A DNA stretch of 64,000 nt, taken from the NCBI GenBank assembly GCA_965225855.1, contig CBDDCK010000004.1:279006-343005 (forward strand). Direction: 5' to 3'. Numbering within the stretch: position 1 is the stretch's first letter; each line of letters begins with the position of its first letter. Under the pieces are notes generated by a model that saw nothing but the letters and a program-made list of their open reading frames with translations, made no database searches and was not told where the DNA came from. Made by a program: the position numbers and the translations under genes. Source of the stretch: Spirochaetia bacterium (GTDB lineage Bacteria; Spirochaetota; Spirochaetia; SP-2023). Positions 34,565 to 43,556 of this stretch are shown here, one piece after another.

Positions 34565-34906
34565 TTGGTATGGGCATCATACTGTTCATACATAAGCAAA
34601 GAAGCAACAACTTTCTTTTTTATACAGTATAACTTCCTTAAATATAATCAAGATAAGATATATCACATGCAAACTGGCGCAGCACAGCCACACATTTACC
34701 CAAAAGATTTTGAACGACTTATGGTGATTATATATAATGAAACGATCGACTTAAAATTAGAAGGCATACTTTCCTCATTTTTCGATATTATTGCAAACAA
34801 TAAAAAGCAAGCCCAAACACTAACCCAACTGCGCGATACCCTTTTACCAAAACTGCTATCCGGCCAACTGCGTATTGCCGATGTGGAAAATTTCATTAAA
34901 GACTAA
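34565..34906 (+). pseudogene. hsdS: Type I RM specificity subunit C-terminal fragment
   Basis: TGAAQPHI, TLTQLRDTLLPKLLSGQLRI; N-terminal part missing. Confidence 0.8.
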
Positions 34907-34908
34907 GA

Positions 34909-35096
34909 TATTAATAGATGGGAGGCTATCCTATTATAGATTTGGGTCGATTCTATTATATAGATGGGAGGTTATTCTATTAATAGATTTGGGTCGATTG
35001 TATTATATAGTTGGGAGGTTATCCTATTATAGATTTGGGTCGATTGTATTATATAGTTGGGAGGCTATCCTATTAATAGATTTGAGTCGATTCTAT
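34909..35096. repeat. Tandem array of four 45-47 bp dimeric units (alternating 22-24 bp A and B subunits)
   Basis: A = TATTATATAG(A/T)TGGGAGG(C/T)TATCC, B = TATTATAGATTTGGGTCGATT(C/G). Confidence 0.9.
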
Positions 35097-35132
35097 GGCT
35101 AGAGGGGGCTGGAGTGTTTATGGGTTGGGGGA

Positions 35133-35588
35133 TCAAGTTGGTTTATTTGGCTTATTCCATTTACGGTATAACTTCTTGATACTGGAATATGTGCTATCCT
35201 CATCAAATTGTTCTGGATGATCGCCTATAATATCACAAACTAGCACTTGATATTGATCTTTTGCTTGGCCGTTAGGTAAATATCCCTTTAAAATTAACAA
35301 AGCCAGCATTTCTAAACAATTGATGTAGTCTTCTCTAGCTACTGCTATTTTTAGTTCAAAACAGCATATATCTTTTGCCCCCAGCTTATCAAATTCATTT
35401 GATACCATAGCTTCTAGTAATATAGAATCCCAAACGGCTTTACGCTTTGCCAGCCTCGAGTCTAAATCAATAATGACTTGAAACTGATTACTCTTCCTAA
35501 AGCCTTTAAGCTGAACATAGGCTATACAAACTAAAAGGAAATTTAGCGCAACACCTGTGATACTAATAATATCGGAATTAGAAAGCAT
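35133..35588 (-). CDS. Hypothetical protein with an N-terminal TM helix
   Basis: 151-aa ORF, hydrophobic N-terminus. Confidence 0.6.
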   Translation of the reverse strand: MLSNSDIISITGVALNFLLVCIAYVQLKGFRKSNQFQVIIDLDSRLAKRKAVWDSILLEAMVSNEFDKLGAKDICCFELKIAVAREDYINCLEMLALLILKGYLPNGQAKDQYQVLVCDIIGDHPEQFDEDSTYSSIKKLYRKWNKPNKPT

Positions 35589-35596
35589 TTATAATT

Positions 35597-35773
35597 TTAC
35601 TCTGAATCTTGTTGAGGTTTAAGCTGTCCAGTATCGGGCTCGGTATTCTTCTCAAGTTCTGCTTTAGCCTTAGCTAAAATTTGTTTTACCCGCCGATCAT
35701 TAATAATCGTTTGGCTATGTTTTTGGCTTTTTTCAACTCTCTTATAACCTTTATCTTGCGGCTCTTCTGCCAT
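35597..35773 (-). CDS. Small hypothetical protein (58 aa)
   Basis: AGGAG RBS; MAEEPQDKGYKRVEKSQKHSQTIINDRRVKQILAKAKAELEK...; ends 8 nt before the next ORF. Confidence 0.55.
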   Translation of the reverse strand: MAEEPQDKGYKRVEKSQKHSQTIINDRRVKQILAKAKAELEKNTEPDTGQLKPQQDSE

Positions 35774-35980
35774 AGAATGCTCCTTTTAGTGTGGTATATT
35801 GCTGCCTAAAGGGTAACCTAAACCAAACAAAAAACAAATTGCACTAGTCCCCAACCAAAAATCAAAATAAAATATATAATACGGAGCGGTTTTCCGTTTT
35901 AATCTATAGCTGGAAGGCTAGGGGTTATAGGGCAGAGCCTAAAGCCATAACCACAAACCCCCAAAGGTAAGGGCGCATTG

Positions 35981-37027
35981 ATGCACATTAAAAGTATTAA
36001 AATTGAAAGTTTTAAGGGCTTTAACCGGGAAAGCGGTAGCTTTTTATTGGATAACATTAATAGCGGGCTCAACCTACTGGTTGGCCACCCGAACACCGGC
36101 AAAACTAGCGTGCTAGAAGCCGCAGTATTTGGTTTATCTCATCCACCCAATAACATCTTTACTTCGCTCTACCATGATTGGCATGAGGAGACAACCTTTG
36201 AAACAGTAAGCGACTTTAGGAAATTATTCCCGTTTAATTCAACAGATATGGAGCTGAACATAAGCATAGAAAGCCACCACGGCCAAAGGCAAGATTGCCA
36301 GGCATTTTGGCAAACCGATGATTTCGTCAATGAGGCTCTAGTTATCACCGATACAGCGCAACCCCCCGAATCCGATGCTCGGCCCCAAAGAACCATATCC
36401 TTAACGAACGGCCTAAATGGCGGACTTATGGCTGAAAGAAAGAGTCCAGCCCAACATTTCCCAGATATAGGTATAGCATGTGCGCACTTCGTTAGGGCCT
36501 TTGTACCCACCTTACAAGACCATGCTCTTAAAACACTTGAAGACTTAGCAATCGAACAAAGGCTTTGGCAACTCCTTAGGCCCATGCTGCCGGCCTTTAA
36601 GCAAATGCGGCTCAACGGCAGGGAACTAATCTTTTACGATGCCCAAGACCGCCCCATGCCATTGTCCTATATGGGCACTGGCATTATTAAAATGGTAAAA
36701 CTAATCCTACCTTTGTTTACTTTCCCAAACAGGGTATTTTTTATTGACGAAATAGCCGATTCCCTTCATCCGCAAAGCATTCTGCAATTCCTGCGTATCT
36801 TACTGCCGCTAATTGTGGAACAGAATATTCAAATTATCGCAACCAGCCATTCGTTCGATATATTAGATGTTCTGGCCCAAAATTATCAATCATTTCCAGA
36901 ATACCATCAATCGCTGCAAATACACCGCTTTCTATCCCAAGATAATGGTAAAACTAAGGTAAAACAAAGCTCATGGCAAGAAATGGAAGCTATCTTTCCC
37001 ACATTTATTGACGTAAGGGCGCAGTAA
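35981..37027 (+). CDS. AAA/ABC-type ATPase (AAA_15/AAA_21-like, defence-associated)
   Basis: IKIESFKG, Walker A GHPNTGKTS, signature MGTG, Walker B FFIDEIADSLHP, ATSHS. Confidence 0.85.
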   Translation: MHIKSIKIESFKGFNRESGSFLLDNINSGLNLLVGHPNTGKTSVLEAAVFGLSHPPNNIFTSLYHDWHEETTFETVSDFRKLFPFNSTDMELNISIESHHGQRQDCQAFWQTDDFVNEALVITDTAQPPESDARPQRTISLTNGLNGGLMAERKSPAQHFPDIGIACAHFVRAFVPTLQDHALKTLEDLAIEQRLWQLLRPMLPAFKQMRLNGRELIFYDAQDRPMPLSYMGTGIIKMVKLILPLFTFPNRVFFIDEIADSLHPQSILQFLRILLPLIVEQNIQIIATSHSFDILDVLAQNYQSFPEYHQSLQIHRFLSQDNGKTKVKQSSWQEMEAIFPTFIDVRAQ

Positions 37028-37686
37028 TGAAAGCTATCGTATCAGAAGGCCAAAGCGATGCTCTAGTTATACAAAAGATCATAGAATTACGGCAGCAAGA
37101 AACAGGGACAAAGCAGGGTATTCCGCCCATTAAATATTTGGATCCAAAAAGTTTTGCCAACCCTCAACAAACATTAAACCTAAATGGCGAAAATGTAATG
37201 AATATTATTTATACTCGCGGTAATACGCATTTATACCGGTTGGTTTGTGCTTTGTTTGACCAATACCAAGAGCAAAATATCGAGATATTGCTAATTTATG
37301 ATTTAGATAGCAAGGAAAGCGAACACCACTCAAATACACAAAAACTTATTAATGCTCTAGATTCTTCTAAACAATTACAAGAAAGACAAAGCCAAGGCTA
37401 CCTAGATTGCTTTACATTTCAGGAAGATTTGGAAGGCTTTTTAATAGAGTACCTAGAGAGCAACCGCCCCGATTGGTACCGTAATGTATGTAAATGCACC
37501 GAACCATGGCTAAAGTGCCTAAACGCAAGACCGGTATTTTCCGACTGGAAAAGCAATAAAAACAAAGAAGCACTATTGCGACTGATTTACCAAGCACAAA
37601 ATGCAGATGGTGCCCACTATGGTTTATTCCCCGAATCATTCTTTGAATGTTTTGGAATGTTTTGGAATGTTTTGATTGGGAACTAG
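37027..37686 (+). CDS. TOPRIM-like putative nuclease partner of the ATPase
   Basis: SEGQSD and YDLD motifs, LE.FL; stop/start overlap with the ATPase. Confidence 0.65.
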   Translation: MKAIVSEGQSDALVIQKIIELRQQETGTKQGIPPIKYLDPKSFANPQQTLNLNGENVMNIIYTRGNTHLYRLVCALFDQYQEQNIEILLIYDLDSKESEHHSNTQKLINALDSSKQLQERQSQGYLDCFTFQEDLEGFLIEYLESNRPDWYRNVCKCTEPWLKCLNARPVFSDWKSNKNKEALLRLIYQAQNADGAHYGLFPESFFECFGMFWNVLIGN

Positions 37687-37754
37687 CCAAAATAAACAAT
37701 ACAAAAGAAGGTAAAGCTCTATTAAAAGCCATTAATAAATTCATTGGGCTTTCA

Positions 37755-37860
37755 TAAATATTTAGGCCAATATTCTATAGCACTTGCTTGACAAATGGGC
37801 GTAATTTGCAATAATAGTGCTTTATAAAAAATTACATATACATAAGGTGGAATATATGGC
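37755..37860 (+). repeat. 106-bp promoter+RBS+start module, copy 1
   Basis: 3 mismatches to 38819-38924; contains TTGACA, TGCAATAAT, TAAGGTGG, ATGGC. Confidence 0.92.
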
Positions 37861-38782
37861 ACAAAGAAAATCAGAATCTTCTACAAAAAAGCCAAGTTTA
37901 ACTATATCACGTGAACAGGTAAAGAAAGAACTTCAAGATCGAATTGATAAAGGCAAGGAGCTGCAAACACAGTCTAACAATTTAGTCTCAATTGGAGGTT
38001 TAGATCAATCCGAGTTTTGTCTGTTAACCGATTCAATGTCTAATAATTTAGCCTCAATTGAAGGTTTAGATCAATTGAGAACAGAACAAGACAAATGGCA
38101 TGAATATAATATAGAGTATCTGTCTCGTTGTTTTGATATTGATTCAATATCACAATCATATGAAAATCGTGGCATTCGTTTATTATCATTCGGCACAAGA
38201 GAAAGCCCAGTGGAACAAATTAAAAGATTCCAAAATAGAATCGGTGCTCAAATTACTGAGTTAGAGTCCATATTAGAGAGGCTCAAATTGATTCCAGAGC
38301 TTAATATCCCAGATACCCCCAATAAATTACTTCAAAAACAAAATACAAATGATAATAATTCCGTATTTATTGTTCATGGTCATGATGAATCAGCAAAAGC
38401 AAATGTTGCAAGATTAGTAGAAAAACTTGGAATGGAAGCTATTATTTTGCATGAACAACCAAATCAAGGGCGAACAATAATAGAAAAGCTTGAATCAAAT
38501 GCCGCAAGTGTTGGATTTGCTATTGTTTTACTGACTCCTGATGATACAATAGATTCTAATGGCAAGAAGCGTGCAAGACAAAATGTAATTATGGAACTAG
38601 GTTATTTTTGCGGTTTACTTGGGCGGAATAAAGTCTGTGTTCTTTATAAAGAGAATGTTGAAATACCCAGCGACTGCTTAGGTCTTGCTTATATTCCGTT
38701 AGATAGTAATGAGGGTTGGCATCTAAAACTTGCGAAAGAAATGAAAGAAGCTAAGCTAGATGTTGATCTTAACAAGATATAA
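37856..38782 (+). CDS. TIR-like domain protein (CAP12/Pycsar-type TIR)
   Basis: VFIVHGHD, IILHEQ...TIIEKLE, FAIVLLTPDD, RARQNVIMELGYF, EIPSD. Confidence 0.88.
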   Translation: MAQRKSESSTKKPSLTISREQVKKELQDRIDKGKELQTQSNNLVSIGGLDQSEFCLLTDSMSNNLASIEGLDQLRTEQDKWHEYNIEYLSRCFDIDSISQSYENRGIRLLSFGTRESPVEQIKRFQNRIGAQITELESILERLKLIPELNIPDTPNKLLQKQNTNDNNSVFIVHGHDESAKANVARLVEKLGMEAIILHEQPNQGRTIIEKLESNAASVGFAIVLLTPDDTIDSNGKKRARQNVIMELGYFCGLLGRNKVCVLYKENVEIPSDCLGLAYIPLDSNEGWHLKLAKEMKEAKLDVDLNKI

Positions 38783-38818
38783 TATCAAATGTAAATCGTA
38801 TGTTTTCTTATTATTTCG

Positions 38819-38924
38819 TAAATATTTAGGCCAATATTCTATAGCGCTTGCTTGACAAATGGGCGTAATTGGCAATAATAGGGCTTTATAAAAAATTACA
38901 TATACATAAGGTGGAATATATGGC
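38819..38924 (+). repeat. 106-bp promoter+RBS+start module, copy 2
   Basis: Near-identical to 37755-37860. Confidence 0.92.
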
Positions 38925-39639
38925 CATACAATATGAATTACTAAAGAATCATTTGGGCGACGAACCAAAAGGCTACCATGCTTTGGTATGCAACCAAAGA
39001 ATCTATAACCGAAAAGAAATTATTGAAATGATGCTCAATCGCGGCACTCTATTGACCTCAACCGATATAGAAGCCGTATTAGCTTGTCTAGAAGATGTTA
39101 TCAAACAAGTAATAAAAAATGGCGAAGGCTTAAATACCGGTATCTTTACCATGCGTATAGACATTAAAGGCAGATTCCCTGACCCGAACAGCCATTTTGA
39201 CAAAGCCCACAACAACTTGGCCATTAATATGACGGCCAGCAAATCCTTAAAAGAATCGCTGGAAGATATTGAGCTAGAGCGGGTCTATAGCTCTGGTAAA
39301 GAAGCCCAAATAACTATGGTGGAAGACATAAACAGCCAAAAGAAAGACAGCGTCCTGACCCCGGCAGGCCCCTTAAAGGTTTGGGGCAATCGCATCAAAA
39401 TAAGTGCCAGTGCCCCCGTTGCCGATAATCAAGAAGGGTTATATGCGGTAAATATAGCCGATGATACGGCAACCAAGTTTGGTACCGAGATCAACAATAA
39501 GCCTTCCGAGTTGATTTATATAGTGCCATCGTTAACAGCCGGGAAATACAAGCTAGAAGTACGTACCTATAACACCGGCTCTAGCGTAGGAAAGCTGCTA
39601 AAAGTCATTACCTCGGAGGCCACATTTACCGTTAGTTAA
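38920..39639 (+). CDS. HU-like DNA-binding domain protein with C-terminal Ig-like (DUF4469-like) domain
   Basis: Y.L..N.L, DIEAVL, I.G.F, G..IKI, NKPSELI..VP.L.AG.Y.LEVRT. Confidence 0.75.
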   Translation: MAIQYELLKNHLGDEPKGYHALVCNQRIYNRKEIIEMMLNRGTLLTSTDIEAVLACLEDVIKQVIKNGEGLNTGIFTMRIDIKGRFPDPNSHFDKAHNNLAINMTASKSLKESLEDIELERVYSSGKEAQITMVEDINSQKKDSVLTPAGPLKVWGNRIKISASAPVADNQEGLYAVNIADDTATKFGTEINNKPSELIYIVPSLTAGKYKLEVRTYNTGSSVGKLLKVITSEATFTVS

Positions 39640-39771
39640 AAGGGCATAAAAGCTGGGAAGTCCATTCCCCCATTGCTGTTTTACGCTAATAGTGCCAAGG
39701 TTTCTGCCGATCTACTAAGATCATGGGGCAACATCGCTAGGCTTTCCGCTAAAACGTGAAAGGCAAAACAA

Positions 39772-42100
39772 ATGAGCTTGATACAAAAGGGCATTGACCG
39801 TGGTTTAATTACATTTGACAATGAGAAAAAAACTATAACCTATGTTCACCAAAATAAAAGGCGTAACTACAACAGACCAGAAGAACAAGTACAAGCGGAA
39901 TCTTTTCTCAAACTGGTTTTGGACTATGGCTACAGCCCTAAGCGAATTGAACAATTTGTAGCGGTAACAATGGGTGCTGATACCAGAGAAGCGGATATTA
40001 TCGTGTACAACGATGATCAACATCACTCTGCCCATATTGTGGTTGAATGTAAGAAAGAAGATGTTTCGGAACTAGAATTTCAGCAGGCTATAGCTCAAGC
40101 CTTTAGTTATGCCGCTACTGGCACGGTGAGAGCGAAATATTTCTGGGTAACCTCCAGAATAAAAAATACTTGTTTTGCAATACCCGAACAAGAACCGAAG
40201 AACTATCGTTCTATTCCGGACATACCCAGATATGGTGCGGATAAACCAACCGAGTATAAATATGCCAAAGGTGGTGTTTCTACAGATGGGCAAACCTTAT
40301 TTGAGCTAGAACAGGTTACGGAAAGCGACCTTACCCAAATATTTAAGCAAGCCCATAATTCCCTTTGGGGTGGTGGTGAGCTAAACCCTTCCGAAGCCTT
40401 TGACGTCTTCTGATTTGTTCAGACTTTTGTTGGTTTCTACAGATGGGCAAACCTTATTTGAGCTAGAACAGGTTACGGAAAGCGACCTTACCCAAATATT
40501 TAAGCAAGCCCATAATTCCCTTTGGGGTGGTGGTGAGCTAAACCCTTCCGAAGCCTTTGACGAGTTGGATAAGCTGATATTTTGCAAAATGTGGGACGAA
40601 GGCAAACCGCGTATAAAAGGCGAGCCGTACGACTTCCAGATATTTAGCAAAAGTACGGAAGAACAAACAAAAACAGCATTACAGCAACGCATCAATAAGT
40701 TGTATAAAGAAGGGCGCGAAAAAGATCGGGAAGTATTTAAAGATAATATACGCTTGAGTAAAGAGAAACTATATACCGTTGTCGGTTATCTGCAAGGTAT
40801 CCATTTAGGCGATACCGATTTAGACAGCAAAGGCAGGGCTTTTGAAACTTTTATGGGCTCGTTCTTTCGCGGTGATTTTGGCCAATACTTTACCCCACGC
40901 CCGATTGTCAAATTTATTGTCGATACCTTGCCGATTAACCATAATTCAAAGGTGCTAGATACTTCCTGCGGCAGTGGCGGTTTTTTATTACACGCTTTGG
41001 ATAAAGTTAGAAAGCAAGCCGATGATTATTACAATCAAGTTACAGAGAGTAAACAACACTTGCTGCATTGGCACGACTTTGCTAAAGAAAACTTGTTTGG
41101 TATAGAAATCAATGAGCAAATAGCCCGCACTGCCAAAATGAACATGATTATCCATGATGATGGCCATACCAATGTAATTACGGCAGATGGTTTATTGCCG
41201 ATTGATGATATTAAAGATGCAGATGGTAAAGTTACCCAGCAAGGCATTTTTTCCAAAACCAAGAATAATGGTTTTATCTATGGTAGCTTTGATTTTATTG
41301 TTACTAATCCGCCCTTTGGCTCTAGTATTAAACAAACCGAACAAGCCTATATGCACCAGTACGGCCTTGCAATAAAAGAGGTGGACTGGCTAGAGCCGAA
41401 AAGCAAACAGAGCAAGCGGGATAGCCAGAACACAGAAGTTTTGTTTATTGAGCAGTGTTATAAGTTCTTAAAAGAAGGTGCTTATCTAGCCATTGTATTG
41501 CCCGATGGGGTTTTAACAAACTCTACTTTGCAATATGTTCGCAACGATATTGCGCAAAAGTTTCGCATTGTGGCGGTGGTTTCCATGCCACAAAGTGCCT
41601 TCCAAGCAACGGGAGCTGGGGTTAAAAGCTCTGTACTGTTTTTGAAAAAACATACCGCAGAATTTACAGAGAAACTCCAAAATCACAAAACAAAGCTGCA
41701 CGATGATATTAAGGACAAGCACAAATACCTAGAACAATTGGCAGAAATAGAACAAACAAAAAAACAACATATCAAAAACTTGAACGGTTTTGATAATCCA
41801 GCAGGATTAACAGGCAAAGCCCTTAGCCAAGACCCAAGCTATAGGGAATGGAAAGCGTGCGTAAATGCCCAATATAGAGAACAAATAGATTTGCTAAAAG
41901 AAAATTTGAGCGAGCAATATACACAACAACAAAAAGCAAAAACCATAGACGACTACCCTATTTTTATGGCAATTGCTGAAGATATAGGCTATGATGCTAC
42001 GGGAAAAGATACAGGGAATAATGAGCTTGATTTTATAGCTGAAAAGTTATCTGAATTTATTGAAGGCATTGAAAAAGGAAAAGACTCTTTTTTCGTCTAA
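39772..42100 (+). CDS. Fused restriction (HsdR N-terminal-type nuclease) / N6-adenine methyltransferase, interrupted by a 157-nt duplication
   Basis: PEEQVQ, ADI...VECK nuclease motif; GQYFTPR, DTSCGSGGF, TNPPFG; 723 aa if the duplication is removed. Confidence 0.88.
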
Positions 42101-42135
42101 GCCCTTCTGAAAAGATATTTTTACTTCAGAAGGGC
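42088..42135 (+). promoter_or_regulatory. Putative -1 programmed ribosomal frameshift signal
   Basis: T_TTT_TTC in frame, 6-nt spacer, perfect 11-bp stem GCCCTTCTGAA/TTCAGAAGGGC. Confidence 0.75.
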
Positions 42136-42162
42136 GAATTAGAAGACAGATTAGACCCTATA

Positions 42163-43533
42163 ATGGCACTTTATCAAAAAAGAACAAATCAATTCAAATT
42201 TGAAACAAAACATTTATCAGAACTATTACAACGAAAACCCCAGTATGGTGCAAATGAAGTTGGAGTTGAAAGATTATCAAATGAACAGCCAAGATATATA
42301 CGAATTACTGACATTGATGAATACGGACTATTGAAACAAGGAATGGGTAAAACAGCAAACAACATTGAGCCAAAATATATGTTAAATAATAATGAATTAT
42401 TATTTGCCCGCAGTGGGACTGTTGGTAAGTCATATATACATAAAACAGAATATGTCAGTTATCCGTGTTTTTATGCAGGCTACATGATTAGATTTGTTGT
42501 AAATGAAGAAAAGATAAACCCGGACTATCTTTTTATATATACTCAACTTTCAGTATATAAGGAGTGGGTGAATGCTATCCAACGTGTGGCTGCCCAGCCT
42601 AATATAAATGCAAAGGAATATCAATCACTAAAAATTCCCCTACCACCCCAAGAAATCCAAGCACAAATAGTGGCAAAGATGGATAATGCTTATGCTGACA
42701 AAAGGCAAAAAGAAACAGAAGCGCAGCAATTACTGGATAGCATTGATAATTATGTACTGGGAGAGCTGGGCATTGAATTGCCACAACAACCAGAGAATAC
42801 TATTGAAAACCGTATGTTTATAAGGCATTTCAGCGATATTTCGGGCGGGCGGTTTGATCCTAAGCTATATGACAAGAATACTAATGCTCTAAAAAAAGCT
42901 ATTTCAAACTCATCTTATCCAACTTTAAAACTTGAAGAGTTTATAATCCAAAGTATTTCAGGCGATTGGGGAAAAGATATTACAGAAGATTCAAGTCCAG
43001 AATACCAAAAGTGTCTTGTCATCAGAGCAACCGAATTTGACAATTTTTACAATCTAAATCTTAATAACTCAAGGATTAAATTTAGGCTTATTCAAACAGA
43101 GAAACTTAGAAAAATTGATATACAAACAAATGATTTATTGATTGAAAAATCTGGGGGCAGCCCAGACCAACCAGTAGGTCGTATTGCAATAATAAGCGAA
43201 GAATTATTAAAAAGTCATAATCTCTGTTATAGCAATTTCATTCATAAAATCAGGGTTTCATCTCTAATAAATCCCGAATATTTATTTTGTTTTCTAAGAA
43301 CAATCCACAATATAAAACTTACTAATTCAATGCAGAGCCAAACAAATGGTATTAGAAACCTAATAATGAAAGATTATTTTAATCAAAAAATACCCCTACC
43401 GCCTTTAGAAAAGCAAATAGAAATAGTCCATCATATTGCCAATCTTCGCAACAAGACCAAAGAGCTAAAGCAACAAGCCCAAGATATTTTAGAACAAGCA
43501 AAATTAGCAGTGGAACAAATTATATTAGGCTAG
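42163..43533 (+). CDS. hsdS: RM specificity subunit (two TRDs); frame open upstream to 42073
   Basis: YIRITDI, LFARSGTVGK, QPNIN, IPLPP..Q twice. Confidence 0.9.
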   Translation: MALYQKRTNQFKFETKHLSELLQRKPQYGANEVGVERLSNEQPRYIRITDIDEYGLLKQGMGKTANNIEPKYMLNNNELLFARSGTVGKSYIHKTEYVSYPCFYAGYMIRFVVNEEKINPDYLFIYTQLSVYKEWVNAIQRVAAQPNINAKEYQSLKIPLPPQEIQAQIVAKMDNAYADKRQKETEAQQLLDSIDNYVLGELGIELPQQPENTIENRMFIRHFSDISGGRFDPKLYDKNTNALKKAISNSSYPTLKLEEFIIQSISGDWGKDITEDSSPEYQKCLVIRATEFDNFYNLNLNNSRIKFRLIQTEKLRKIDIQTNDLLIEKSGGSPDQPVGRIAIISEELLKSHNLCYSNFIHKIRVSSLINPEYLFCFLRTIHNIKLTNSMQSQTNGIRNLIMKDYFNQKIPLPPLEKQIEIVHHIANLRNKTKELKQQAQDILEQAKLAVEQIILG

Positions 43534-43556
43534 GTAAAAGAAATTATCTATGGCTT

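Noticed and set aside
34909..35096. CRISPR array
   Set aside because: The intervening segments are themselves repeats, there are no unique spacers, and no cas genes are visible in the window
34875..35102. 75-aa repetitive ORF
   Set aside because: By-product of the DNA repeat array; no RBS
37755..38924. Integron cassettes
   Set aside because: The repeats are promoter/RBS modules at gene 5' ends, not palindromic attC sites, and no integrase is present
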